Source: an uncultured Alphaproteobacteria bacterium (GTDB lineage Bacteria; Pseudomonadota; Alphaproteobacteria; HIMB59; GCA-002718135). Taken from it: a stretch of DNA of 64,000 bases. The DNA is taken from contig CACFXU010000008.1 of NCBI GenBank assembly GCA_902570155.1, positions 1,088 to 65,087 on the forward strand, given 5' to 3'. Positions 32,355 through 42,012 of the stretch are shown one piece after another. The notes beneath the pieces are model-generated. The model searched no databases. It had not been told where the DNA came from and saw only the letters and a program-made list of their open reading frames with translations. Position numbers and translations under genes: made by a program. Numbering within the stretch: the stretch's first letter is position 1; each line of letters opens with the position of its first letter.

Positions 32355-33177
32355 TTTAATTAAAGAGAGTTTAGCTAAATTAAAACAAAAAAATATAAGT
32401 AATCCAGAACTAGATCTAAGAATTTTACTGAAGTATGCTTCAAAAAAAAATAATGAAATTTTTTTAAGCAATCTTAATATAGATAATATTGATATTGTTA
32501 AATTTAAATCTTATCTTCAAAAAAGAATTAATAGACAACCAATAGCTAAAATTATTAAAAATAAACCTTTTTGGAAAAATAATTTTTATGTAAATAATTC
32601 TGTTTTAGATCCACGTCCCGAAACAGAATTAATAATTGAAGAAGTTTTAAATATTTATAGAGACAAAAATCTTAAATTAAAAATATTAGATATTGGTACT
32701 GGATCAGGTTGCATCGCAATATCACTAGCAAAGGAATTTAAAAATGCATCTATTACAGCAATAGATATATCTAAAAAAGCATTAGAAGTTGCAGAAAAAA
32801 ACTTAAAAATACATAATTGTAGCAATCAAATTCAACTTAAACTTATTGATTTTAAAAATATTAATTCCAAGTTTGATTTGATTGTATCCAATCCACCATA
32901 CTTAACAAATGATCAGTTTAATAATGCAGATCCAGAAGTAAAAAATTTTGAACCTAAATTAGCTTTAATTGGAGGAGATGATGGATTGAAATTTTACAAA
33001 GAATATTCAAATACTTTGCAAAATTTAATGAATAAAAAAGCTTATTTTGTTTGTGAAATTGGTTATAATCAAAGAAAAGATTGTGAAGAAATTTTTAAAA
33101 ATTCAGGATTATATTTAAATAATATAGTTCATGACCTACAAGGAATTGAAAGAATCCTTAGTTTTTCAAAGATATAA
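32347..33177 (+). CDS. prmC: Release-factor glutamine N5-methyltransferase
   Basis: 276 aa with SAM motif [12 protein letters not shown] and catalytic NPPY (VSNPPYL). 8-nt overlap with prfA. Confidence 0.9.
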   Translation: MNNLIKESLAKLKQKNISNPELDLRILLKYASKKNNEIFLSNLNIDNIDIVKFKSYLQKRINRQPIAKIIKNKPFWKNNFYVNNSVLDPRPETELIIEEVLNIYRDKNLKLKILDIGTGSGCIAISLAKEFKNASITAIDISKKALEVAEKNLKIHNCSNQIQLKLIDFKNINSKFDLIVSNPPYLTNDQFNNADPEVKNFEPKLALIGGDDGLKFYKEYSNTLQNLMNKKAYFVCEIGYNQRKDCEEIFKNSGLYLNNIVHDLQGIERILSFSKI

Positions 33178-33254
33178 GTTGAAATAAATCAAATGAACTG
33201 TATAGGTAATAAAAAAGATTAATAATTTAATAAAATTTTTAATTTCCAAACAAT

Positions 33255-33668
33255 ATGTATAAAAAAAACGGTAGAACCGCTTATAAGAGTAATAGAAGAA
33301 CCAGTTTTAAGAAACCTGGCGGATACAAAAATTTCAATAATAGAAATAGAGGTAATGTATCCCAGCAATATAATAAGTATTTAAAACTTGCTAAAGAAGC
33401 ATCAAGATCGGGTGATAGAATTCAATCTGAATACTATTATCAATTTACTGATCACTACTACAGAATAATGGTTGAGCTAGGAATTAATATTGAAGAAAAT
33501 ACAAGTTTTGATGATCAAAAACAAAGTACTTTAAGTGAAGAAAGTTCTAACAATCAAACTGAAACAACAGAAATAAATGATAATGATAAAGCAGAAGATG
33601 ATTCAATCGAATCTATTCCATTTATAGCAGAACCATCTAAAGAAAAAAGAACAAGATCAACAAAGTAG
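33255..33668 (+). CDS. DUF4167-domain protein
   Basis: 137 aa with a basic N-terminus and the QQYNKYLKLAKEA...GDRIQSEYYYQFTDHYYR core typical of DUF4167. Shows the conserved position after prmC in Alphaproteobacteria. Confidence 0.75.
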   Translation: MYKKNGRTAYKSNRRTSFKKPGGYKNFNNRNRGNVSQQYNKYLKLAKEASRSGDRIQSEYYYQFTDHYYRIMVELGINIEENTSFDDQKQSTLSEESSNNQTETTEINDNDKAEDDSIESIPFIAEPSKEKRTRSTK

Positions 33669-34961
33669 TTATTCGTATAACATACTTAAATGATCAGCAT
33701 ATATAATTTTATATTCTGCTTTAAATTTTTCTAATTCCTTGCCCTCAAGTATTTTTCCAGAAGGAAGTTTTAGTTTTAACGGATTTATATGTTTATTTTG
33801 ATAAATAATCTCATAATGAAGATGAGGCCCTGTAGAATTTCCTGTACTACCTACATAGCCTATAACTTCACCTTGGTTAACTCTTACACCTTTAGAAATA
33901 CCTTTCTTATAATTTGACAAATGTGCATAGGCCGTTTTATATCCATTATTATGCCTTATACGAATATATTTTCCATATCCTCCATTCCTTCCAACGTATT
34001 CAACAATTCCATTTCCTCCAGCATAAATTGGTGTTCCTGTAGGTGCAGCAAAATCAACACCTTTATGCATTTTATTGAAACCTGAGATAGGATGTTTACG
34101 CATACCAAAATTTGATGAAATTCTTGCACCGTCTAAAGGTGTCTTTAATATTGATTTTTTAACATTTTTACCTTCTCTGTTAAAATAATCAACATAACCA
34201 TCATCTGTAATAAACTTAAAGTATTCTAACTGTTTTCCATCTATTGTTATCGAAGCATATTTAATATCATTATATTCTATTCTACCTGTCTCAACTATTT
34301 CATCAAATTCATAGGATATTGAAACAACTGTATTAACTCTAATATCTCTTTGAAAATCTAGATCAAAACTAAAAAGACTTATAATTTTAACTAAAATATC
34401 TGGTGATACACCATTTTTGATACCGTCTGAAAATAATGATTCTGCAATTGTATATTCTTTTGATTCAATAAACGAGTCCTTAGTTAATTGTCTAATATTT
34501 ATATTTATTTCTTTATCTAAATTAACTGAGATAATTGTCTCACTGTTCTTAAAAAATTCAATTTTTTTAATTTCTCCAAAACTATTTTCAAAAACACTTA
34601 TAATTTCTCCAGTTTTGATTTTCTTTAAATCAAAAAAGTTTTCTATCTCACTTATAATTTCGTAAATATTTTCTTGTTCAAAGTTTAAACTTTCTAAAAT
34701 AGAAACAAAAGTATCACCTTGTAAAATTTTAATTTTATTCTCAACATATTGCACTTTATCAATACTTTTTTTTATTTTAGGTGAAGCCACTTCCTCTTTT
34801 TTTTCTTGAATAATTTCTTTTTTATCTTCTACTTTTTCTTTTTTAACAATCTCTGTCTCTAAAGAATCTTTTTCTGTTAAGTGAAAAAATTCAGAAATAA
34901 ATAAATAATATCCTGATGATATTAAAGAAATTAAAATTAGATATCTTAAAATTCTAAACAC
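33669..34961 (-). CDS. M23-family peptidoglycan metalloendopeptidase
   Basis: 430 aa with an N-terminal TM anchor. The C-terminal M23 domain carries HKGVDFAAPTGTPI and GPHLHYEI. Confidence 0.85.
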   Translation of the reverse strand: MFRILRYLILISLISSGYYLFISEFFHLTEKDSLETEIVKKEKVEDKKEIIQEKKEEVASPKIKKSIDKVQYVENKIKILQGDTFVSILESLNFEQENIYEIISEIENFFDLKKIKTGEIISVFENSFGEIKKIEFFKNSETIISVNLDKEININIRQLTKDSFIESKEYTIAESLFSDGIKNGVSPDILVKIISLFSFDLDFQRDIRVNTVVSISYEFDEIVETGRIEYNDIKYASITIDGKQLEYFKFITDDGYVDYFNREGKNVKKSILKTPLDGARISSNFGMRKHPISGFNKMHKGVDFAAPTGTPIYAGGNGIVEYVGRNGGYGKYIRIRHNNGYKTAYAHLSNYKKGISKGVRVNQGEVIGYVGSTGNSTGPHLHYEIIYQNKHINPLKLKLPSGKILEGKELEKFKAEYKIIYADHLSMLYE

Positions 34962-35426
34962 CTAGAAATATTTTGAATTAAAATATACAAGCGGTTTCAA
35001 TTTATCATTAGATTGTACTTCTAATATCTTACATATAAATATTATGTGATCACCTTTTTTGATTTTATCTATTAGTTTACATTCAAGATTTGCTATACAA
35101 TTTGGTATAATTGCCGTTTTATAATTCCCTTCAATAAATTTTATATTTTCTAATTTAGGTGTAGTTGAGGCAAAATTATCAGATAATTTTTTTTGCTTAC
35201 TAGATAAAATATTTATTGATAAGAAATTTGTTTTTGAAAACTGTTTTATTGAAGATGAGTAATTGCCTAAAGAAAACAAAACCATAGGAGGGTTTAGAGA
35301 TAGAGAGTTAAATGAATTAACAGTTTTCCCATATATCGAATTATTATTTTTAACACATACAACAGTAATACCTGTCGAAAACTTACTAAGTGTTTTTTTA
35401 AAATTAATAGTGTTTACTTTTTTCAT
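34962..35426 (-). CDS. Flavin reductase-like domain protein
   Basis: 154 aa with the flavin-reductase fold pattern (FSTGITVV...NSFNSLSLNPPMVLFSL). Confidence 0.72.
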   Translation of the reverse strand: MKKVNTINFKKTLSKFSTGITVVCVKNNNSIYGKTVNSFNSLSLNPPMVLFSLGNYSSSIKQFSKTNFLSINILSSKQKKLSDNFASTTPKLENIKFIEGNYKTAIIPNCIANLECKLIDKIKKGDHIIFICKILEVQSNDKLKPLVYFNSKYF

Positions 35427-35923
35427 AACCTTTTTTGCATATAAATCGAATCAACCCACTTATTTTTTTTAAAACCAGCTTTCTTTATAGTTCCAATATA
35501 TTGAAATCCATTATTTTTATGTATTTTTATTGAAGCAAAATTATTTTTTCCACCAATCACTGCTATCAAATTTTTAATCTTTGAAATTTTTTTACATATT
35601 TTAACAAGTTCTTTTAGTATTTTATTACCATAACCATTATTAATGAAATTTGGATCAACATAGATTGAATGTTCATATGAAAATCTATATCCACTTTTTT
35701 CTCTAAATTTATTTACAAAGGCTAATCCAATAACTTTATTTTCTTCAATTGCTAAAATAAAAGGTAATTTATTTTTTTTAATTTTTTTTAATAATAAATT
35801 AAATTTTAATTTAGATAATTTTTTTTCTTCAAAATTAGAGAATGAATTTTCAATAAAATAATTATAAATTTTTAGAGCTTTAGAGATTTCATTTTCTGTA
35901 AAATTGTTTTTTTTTACCTTCAT
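35423..35923 (-). CDS. GNAT-family N-acetyltransferase
   Basis: 166 aa with an acetyl-CoA-binding core (VDPNFINNGYGNKILKEL) that looks phosphinothricin-acetyltransferase-like. Confidence 0.8.
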   Translation of the reverse strand: MKVKKNNFTENEISKALKIYNYFIENSFSNFEEKKLSKLKFNLLLKKIKKNKLPFILAIEENKVIGLAFVNKFREKSGYRFSYEHSIYVDPNFINNGYGNKILKELVKICKKISKIKNLIAVIGGKNNFASIKIHKNNGFQYIGTIKKAGFKKNKWVDSIYMQKRL

Positions 35924-36143
35924 TTATCTCCTAATATTAATTTTGAATTGTATGAATAATTCTAAACTCTGAATATTATTTAATAAAAAATTGATCAATA
36001 TGTTTATAATTTATTTACTTAATTAATGATTAAAAAAGGTTAAATTAAGTATAATTTAAAAATTTCATATGATCTTTCAATTATTGCTTTAGCTTTAAAA
36101 GTCATTATATTTCAAAATAATATATTTAAATAATAAACTACTT

Positions 36144-36218
36144 GGGTGTGTAGCTCAGCGGTAGAGCACTGCCTCGACACGGCAGGGGTCACAGGTTCAA
36201 TCCCTGTCACACCCACCA
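36144..36218 (+). tRNA. tRNA-Val (anticodon GAC), CCA encoded
   Basis: Hand-folded cloverleaf: acceptor GGGTGTG/CACACCC, D stem GCTC/GAGC, anticodon stem CTGCC/GGCAG with loop TCGACAC, variable GGGTC, T arm ACAGG-TTCAATC-CCTGT, then A-CCA. Position 33 reads C rather than the usual U. Confidence 0.85.
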
Positions 36219-36254
36219 TAGAAATTTTAATAAATATTCTTGAAATTTAATAAT

Positions 36255-36683
36255 ATGATATATTTATATTATATGTTCAAATGTTTATTAGTAGCCACTC
36301 TAATTGCTTCATTGATTTTCTTAATAATAGATATATTTTGGTTAAGTTTTGCTACAAAGTCTTTTTATAGACCTCTAATAGGTAATTTATTAACTGATAA
36401 GCCTGTAATGTGGGCTGCTGCTCTTTTTTACATATTATATGTATTGGGTATGGCTTTGGTTGTAATTCAACCTTGTGTTGACTCTGGTAACTTAATGAAA
36501 ACATTATACACTGGCTTCATATTCGGTTTGGTTGCATATGGCACATACAACTTAACAAATATGGCAGTACTTAAAGGCTGGTCACCAACCGTTACTTTTG
36601 TAGATATGTTCTGGGGCGGTTCATTAACAGCTGTATCAGCTACATCTGGATTATATTTAGCAAAAAAAATAGTAGATTTTTAA
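36255..36683 (+). CDS. DUF2177-family membrane protein
   Basis: Small 4-TM protein with the DIFWLSF...FYRPLIG...W segment typical of DUF2177. The start is uncertain: TTG at 36240, ATG at 36255 or ATG at 36273. Confidence 0.62.
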   Translation: MIYLYYMFKCLLVATLIASLIFLIIDIFWLSFATKSFYRPLIGNLLTDKPVMWAAALFYILYVLGMALVVIQPCVDSGNLMKTLYTGFIFGLVAYGTYNLTNMAVLKGWSPTVTFVDMFWGGSLTAVSATSGLYLAKKIVDF

Positions 36684-37570
36684 TTTAGTCGACCCATTCC
36701 AAATTCTAGCATTTTTATTAGTATAGGGTTTTGACTTATTCTATTTTTATATTTTTTTATAAAAGTATTAATTTTATTATTACATAAATCAGTAACTTGT
36801 TTTTCACCAATTAATTTTAGTAAAGTACTTTTGCCTTGCTCAACATCTTTACCTGGTGTTTTTCCAATTTTCTTAAAAGTTCCAATTTCATCGATTAAGT
36901 CATCTATAATTTGAAATATTAAACCAAATAACATTCCATAATCTTTTGCAAATTGAATATCTATTTTACTTTTTTCTTTTAATATAAAAGGTGCAGAAAA
37001 AGAGAATTCAAATAACTTGCCAGTTTTTCTAGAATACATATCTAAAATTTTATTTGTAGATAACTTTTTATTTTCATATTCTAAATCCAAAGCTTGACCA
37101 AGAGCTAATCCTTTATGTCCAATACACAAAGAAAGATAATTTATTAAATTTAATCTAGAAATAACATTTTTATTTTTAAAATTTCCTGAGATCAATTCAA
37201 ATGCTAAATCATGTAAAGCATCTCCTGCTAATATTGCAGTAGCTTCATTAAATTTTTTATGAGTACTTAATTTACCTCTTCTGTAATCATCATCATCCAT
37301 TGATGGTAAATCATCGTGAATTAAGGAGTACGAATGTATACATTCAATACATGAGGCTATGATAAAGGCATCATTTGATGAAATTTTAGCTATTTTTGCT
37401 GACTCCATTACTAAAAATGGCCTTATTCTTTTTCCTCCATTCATAGAACCATAAAAGATTGCATTTGATAAACTTGATTTGTCTAGCTTATTTTTTAAAA
37501 GCTTTTTAAATTTAATATCAAACTTTCTTTTATTTGCATTTATTAACGTATTTAAGTTCATAGATAACAA
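36680..37570 (-). CDS. ispA: (E)-polyprenyl (farnesyl/geranylgeranyl) diphosphate synthase
   Basis: 296 aa with the first Asp-rich motif LIHDDLPSMDDDDYRRG and the second, QIIDDLID. Confidence 0.88.
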   Translation of the reverse strand: MLSMNLNTLINANKRKFDIKFKKLLKNKLDKSSLSNAIFYGSMNGGKRIRPFLVMESAKIAKISSNDAFIIASCIECIHSYSLIHDDLPSMDDDDYRRGKLSTHKKFNEATAILAGDALHDLAFELISGNFKNKNVISRLNLINYLSLCIGHKGLALGQALDLEYENKKLSTNKILDMYSRKTGKLFEFSFSAPFILKEKSKIDIQFAKDYGMLFGLIFQIIDDLIDEIGTFKKIGKTPGKDVEQGKSTLLKLIGEKQVTDLCNNKINTFIKKYKNRISQNPILIKMLEFGMGRLN

Positions 37571-37623
37571 TTTATATTTGTTTTAATTTCTAAATTATTT
37601 AATACAAATATGCGAATGTATTT

Positions 37624-38661
37624 ATGAGAATCGAAGAAGAAATTAAACTTGACTACTCAGATGTCCTTTTTAGACCAAAGAGAAGTACTTTAAAAAGTAG
37701 GAAAGATGTTGATTTGAATAGAAAATATACTTTTAAACACTCAAGATTATCATGGAAAGGAATTCCAATAATAGCCTCTAATATGGATGGTGTTGGTGAA
37801 ATAGACGTTGCAAAAAAACTAAGTTCTCACAAACTAATGACCGCTTTAACAAAACAACATGACATTAATCAAATAGGAACTATTTATAAGAAAAATATTT
37901 TCTTTGATTCAATTGCTCTTAGTTGTGGCACAAGTGAAGACAGTTACAATAGGTTAAATTCAATTCTAAAAAAATATCCAAAATTTAAATTTATCTGTAT
38001 TGATGTTGCAAATGGTTATTCAGAAAATTTTAGTAATTTTGTTTCAGAAGTAAGAAAAAAATATCCAAAAAAAACTATTATTGCAGGTAATGTTGTTACT
38101 GCAGATATGACTCAGGAATTAGTATTAAGTGGAGCAGATATTGTTAAAGTTGGTATCGGTCCTGGAAGTGTGTGTACCACTAGAATACAAACAGGAGTAG
38201 GGTATCCACAACTAAGCGCTGTAATGGAATGTGCTGATGCAGCACATGGATTAGGAGCGCATATTATCGCTGATGGAGGCTGTACTTGTCCTGGTGATGT
38301 TGCAAAAGGTTTCGGAGCTGGTGCAGACTTTGTTATGCTTGGCGGAATGTTAGCAGGTCATAAGGAAGGTGGTGGTGATATAATTGATGAAAATGGAACT
38401 AAATTTATCGAGTTTTATGGATCAAGTTCTGAAGAAGCAAATGAGAAACATTATGGTGGTCTTGCAAACTATCGATCATCTGAAGGTAAAAAAGTTAAAA
38501 TACAAATGAAGAATTCGCTAGACAGTACAATTAGAGATATTCTTGGAGGTGTACGAAGTAGTTGTACATACGTAGGCGCTTCATCATTAAAGCAACTTAG
38601 TAAGTGTACTACATTTGTAAGAGTAAATAATCAGTATAATGACACTTTTGGGAAAGTGTAG
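37624..38661 (+). CDS. guaC: GMP reductase
   Basis: 345 aa. N-terminus [29 protein letters not shown]...FKHS...[12 protein letters not shown] closely matches enterobacterial GuaC as I recall it. Catalytic region [11 protein letters not shown]. Confidence 0.9.
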   Translation: MRIEEEIKLDYSDVLFRPKRSTLKSRKDVDLNRKYTFKHSRLSWKGIPIIASNMDGVGEIDVAKKLSSHKLMTALTKQHDINQIGTIYKKNIFFDSIALSCGTSEDSYNRLNSILKKYPKFKFICIDVANGYSENFSNFVSEVRKKYPKKTIIAGNVVTADMTQELVLSGADIVKVGIGPGSVCTTRIQTGVGYPQLSAVMECADAAHGLGAHIIADGGCTCPGDVAKGFGAGADFVMLGGMLAGHKEGGGDIIDENGTKFIEFYGSSSEEANEKHYGGLANYRSSEGKKVKIQMKNSLDSTIRDILGGVRSSCTYVGASSLKQLSKCTTFVRVNNQYNDTFGKV

Positions 38662-38662
38662 G

Positions 38663-40249
38663 TTAGTAACCTATTGCCATACCATCCTTTCGTGGATCTG
38701 AACCTCCTATAAGTACTCCATTTTTTCTATCTATTTTTATACATTGACCACCACCAATAGCATTTTTATTTATTTTAATTTTATGACCAATATTCTTTAA
38801 TTTTTTTACAATTTTATTATCTAATGAATTTTCAACATTTAAGATGCCATTAAGAGCAAATGCTCTAGGTAAATTTAAGCCTTCTTGAACTGACAAATTG
38901 TAGTCAATTATATTTTGCATCAAATGAGTTTGACCAATTGGCTGATATTGTCCTCCCATAACTCCATAAGAATACAGTGTCTCATCATTCTTATTAGTTA
39001 TTAACCCAGGGATTATTGTATGAAGTGGTCTTTTATGACTATCAATTGAGTTGGGGTGACCATCTTCTAATCTGAAATTTACACCTCTATTTTGAAAAAG
39101 AATTCCTGTTTTGTTACTTGTAATTCCACTTCCAAAACCATGACATATTGAATTAATAAATGATACTGAATTCAAATCTCTATCTACAACACTTAAGTAT
39201 ATTGTTTCAGGGTGAGATGTTACATAGCCTTTTTTTGAAGAGTAAATTTTATTTTTATTTATTCTAGAACATAAAGAGCTTATATATTCATTACTTAAAT
39301 AATCTTTTATATTTATATTATTAAAATTAGGATCGCCAAATATTGTTTCTTTAACTTCAAAACATATTTTTGAAATTTCAGCTTGAAGATGATATCTTTC
39401 AAAACTTGAAGGATGGTATTTTTTGATATTTAATTTTTCAGTCATTGCCATCATCATCAAGACTACTAACCCAGGACTATTTAAGGGGCATTGATGTATT
39501 TTTAAATTTCTATATGAATTTGTTATTGTTTTTGAAAATAGCGTTTTTTGATTATAGAAATCTTCTTCTGTATGTAATCCTCCAAGTTTATTTAGTGTCT
39601 TAACCATGTCTTTAGTTATTTCACTTTGATAAAATCCTTTAATTTTTTTTTTTGATATGACTCTTAAAGTATTTGCTAAAGGAATATTCTTAAAAACTTT
39701 ACCATAACTATAACTGAGATTTTGATTTAAAAATAATCTTCTAGAATTAGAGTTTTTTTTAAGTTTATTTTCATTCTCTTTCCATGCAATAGCTTCTACT
39801 TCATGAACAGGAAATCCTCTTCTAGCAAAATTTTCTGCACCAGATAAAACTTCTTTAAAATCAATTCTTCCAAATTTTTCATGCATAGAACACCATGCAT
39901 GAACTGCTCCAGGAATAGTTACTGAATGTGGACTTGTTAAGCCAATACTTTTTATTTTATTATCTTTATAAAACTGTAAATTTGCTTTTTTTGGAGCGAT
40001 TCCTGACCCATTTACAGCAATTGGTTTTTTCCCATTCATCGAAATAATTGCAAAGCAATCTCCACCAATTCCTGTTGCGCTAGGACATACTACAGCTTGA
40101 ACTGCTGAAGCCGCGATAGCAGCATCAACGGCATTTCCACCTTTTTGAAGTACATTAATTGCTACCATTGAACTTAATGGATTTGATGTTGCCACCATGC
40201 CATTTTGAGCTAAAACATTAGATCTTCCAGGATAAGATAACTTTCTCAT
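38663..40249 (-). CDS. ggt: Gamma-glutamyltransferase-family protein
   Basis: 528 aa. GGT-family pattern with the candidate nucleophile Thr in [11 protein letters not shown] and the GVMGGQYQP segment. Confidence 0.82.
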   Translation of the reverse strand: MRKLSYPGRSNVLAQNGMVATSNPLSSMVAINVLQKGGNAVDAAIAASAVQAVVCPSATGIGGDCFAIISMNGKKPIAVNGSGIAPKKANLQFYKDNKIKSIGLTSPHSVTIPGAVHAWCSMHEKFGRIDFKEVLSGAENFARRGFPVHEVEAIAWKENENKLKKNSNSRRLFLNQNLSYSYGKVFKNIPLANTLRVISKKKIKGFYQSEITKDMVKTLNKLGGLHTEEDFYNQKTLFSKTITNSYRNLKIHQCPLNSPGLVVLMMMAMTEKLNIKKYHPSSFERYHLQAEISKICFEVKETIFGDPNFNNINIKDYLSNEYISSLCSRINKNKIYSSKKGYVTSHPETIYLSVVDRDLNSVSFINSICHGFGSGITSNKTGILFQNRGVNFRLEDGHPNSIDSHKRPLHTIIPGLITNKNDETLYSYGVMGGQYQPIGQTHLMQNIIDYNLSVQEGLNLPRAFALNGILNVENSLDNKIVKKLKNIGHKIKINKNAIGGGQCIKIDRKNGVLIGGSDPRKDGMAIGY

Positions 40250-40306
40250 ATTAATTCAGACAATATATGTTTGACAAAACAAATCCCAGAATTTAAAGCG
40301 ATTTTT

Positions 40307-40432
40307 ATGAAAGTTAAATGTTCATTAAAAACTGCCAAAACTAGGGACAAGGATTGTAAAGTTGTTCGAAGAAAAGGTAGGATTTATGTAATTAACAAAA
40401 AAAATCCCAGAATGAAAGCAAGACAGGGTTAA
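40307..40432 (+). CDS. rpmJ: 50S ribosomal protein L36; not in the supplied ORF track
   Basis: Hand translation gives [41 protein letters not shown] (41 aa), the alphaproteobacterial-type L36 pattern (MKV..SL...K.R..DC..VRR.GR.YVINK.NPR.KARQG). Confidence 0.9.
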   Translation: MKVKCSLKTAKTRDKDCKVVRRKGRIYVINKKNPRMKARQG

Positions 40433-41374
40433 TTAACTCTCTGCTATATATTTTTCAGCTTCTAAAGCAGCCATACAGCCCATACCAGCAGCTGTAACTG
40501 CCTGTCTGTAAATTTTATCTTTTACATCTCCAGCAGCAAAAACTCCCTTAATACTTGTCTCAGTACTATCAGGTTTAGTAATTATGTAATTTTCCTCATC
40601 CATTTTTAACTTATCAATAAAAAGTGAAGTAGCAGGATCATGTCCTATAGCTATAAATGCACCATTTACATCTATAGTTGTTTTGCTGTTATCTAATGTG
40701 TTCTCTAAAATGATTTTTTTTAATGTATTTGGATTTTCATCTCCAACAAATTCAGAAACTTTACTGTTCCAAATTACTTCAATTTTTTTATTGTTAAACA
40801 GTCTTTCTTGTAAAATTTTTTCAGCTCGCAAACTATCTCTTCTATGAATTAACAATACCTTTGAAGCAAATTTAGTTAAAAACATTGCCTCCTCTACTGC
40901 GCTATTACCTCCACCTATTACTGCTACTTGCTGATCTTTGAAGAAAAAACCATCGCAAGTTGCACAAGCAGAAATACCAAATCCTTTAAATTTTTTTTCA
41001 CTTTCCAAATTCAACCATCTAGCTTGAGCACCTGTTGCAATAATTATTGATTTGGATACAAATTCTTTTCCTGACTCAGTTTTGGAAATAAATGGATTTT
41101 TTTCAAAATCAACTGACGTTACAATATCATTATGAAAAATAGTTCCTACTTTTACAGCTTGTTCTTTCATTTGTTCCATAAGCCAAGGTCCCTGAATAAC
41201 ATTTTCAAATCCTGGATAGTTTTCTACATCTGTAGTAATAGTTAGCTGACCTCCTGGTTCTAAACCTGAAACTAAATGAGGTTTTAAATTTGCTCTTGCT
41301 GCATAGATTGCAGCTGTGTAGCCTGCTGGTCCAGAACCTATAATTAATACATCATTTTCTATTTTTTCAGTCAT
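40433..41374 (-). CDS. trxB: Thioredoxin-disulfide reductase
   Basis: 313 aa with GSGPAGYTAA, the redox-active CATCDG, and GGGNSAVEEA. Its stop abuts the rpmJ stop with 0 nt between them. Confidence 0.93.
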   Translation of the reverse strand: MTEKIENDVLIIGSGPAGYTAAIYAARANLKPHLVSGLEPGGQLTITTDVENYPGFENVIQGPWLMEQMKEQAVKVGTIFHNDIVTSVDFEKNPFISKTESGKEFVSKSIIIATGAQARWLNLESEKKFKGFGISACATCDGFFFKDQQVAVIGGGNSAVEEAMFLTKFASKVLLIHRRDSLRAEKILQERLFNNKKIEVIWNSKVSEFVGDENPNTLKKIILENTLDNSKTTIDVNGAFIAIGHDPATSLFIDKLKMDEENYIITKPDSTETSIKGVFAAGDVKDKIYRQAVTAAGMGCMAALEAEKYIAES

Positions 41375-41391
41375 ATAATTAAATTAATAAT

Positions 41392-42012
41392 TTAGTCACT
41401 TTTTTCAACTGGCCAATCTGTATTAAAAGTAACATAATTTATTTGAATACATCTTCTCTCTTTTTGAATTTCTTTTAATTCAAGTCCATGCCAAGTATCA
41501 TCCCCTGAAGAAAAAAAATAACCACTGTTATGAATATATTCAATTGTTTTAACTAATTTAAAATTTTTATCATATAGATCGGTACCTAAATTTGAAGCTT
41601 CATTATATGGGTTTGCCCAAACCATCATCGTCATTAATTTTTCCGAGATATCTTTGTGTGGTTTTAACCAAAATCCTTTTTTATCTCCAATGACTTCTAA
41701 TCTCACATATGAATTTGATAAATCTTTATCAATTATTTTCGATATTTTGTTAACCATTTCTATACTTTGTAAAGACTGAATTAATTTTGTTAGATATGGA
41801 AAATTTTGATAATTATTTTTTGTTATAAAAAGTCTTAATTTACCATCAACTCCCTGACCTGTATGATCGGCAGCTCTTGTCCCATCGTACATTCTGTCTC
41901 CTGACGGAATATTACTATATGAAATTTCATCTAATGCGCCCTCTTCTAAGCAATTATTAAATACCCAATGATTAAAGGGAAAATCTGCATGAGCTAAATT
42001 CTCAAGATTCAT
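41392..42012 (-). CDS. Hypothetical protein, 2OG-Fe(II)-oxygenase-like (HxD...H...R pattern)
   Basis: 206 aa with PHKD (HxD), a distal TWHG His and RRCIQINY downstream, spaced as in the cupin/2OG oxygenase facial triad. The call is tentative. Confidence 0.45.
   Translation of the reverse strand: MNLENLAHADFPFNHWVFNNCLEEGALDEISYSNIPSGDRMYDGTRAADHTGQGVDGKLRLFITKNNYQNFPYLTKLIQSLQSIEMVNKISKIIDKDLSNSYVRLEVIGDKKGFWLKPHKDISEKLMTMMVWANPYNEASNLGTDLYDKNFKLVKTIEYIHNSGYFFSSGDDTWHGLELKEIQKERRCIQINYVTFNTDWPVEKSD

Noticed and set aside
35924-36683. Possible genomic island or integrated element at the tRNA-Val gene.
   Set aside because: There is no integrase, no repeat of the tRNA 3' end and no phage or IS genes nearby. 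The flanking genes (GNAT, DUF2177, ispA, guaC) look like ordinary chromosomal genes.
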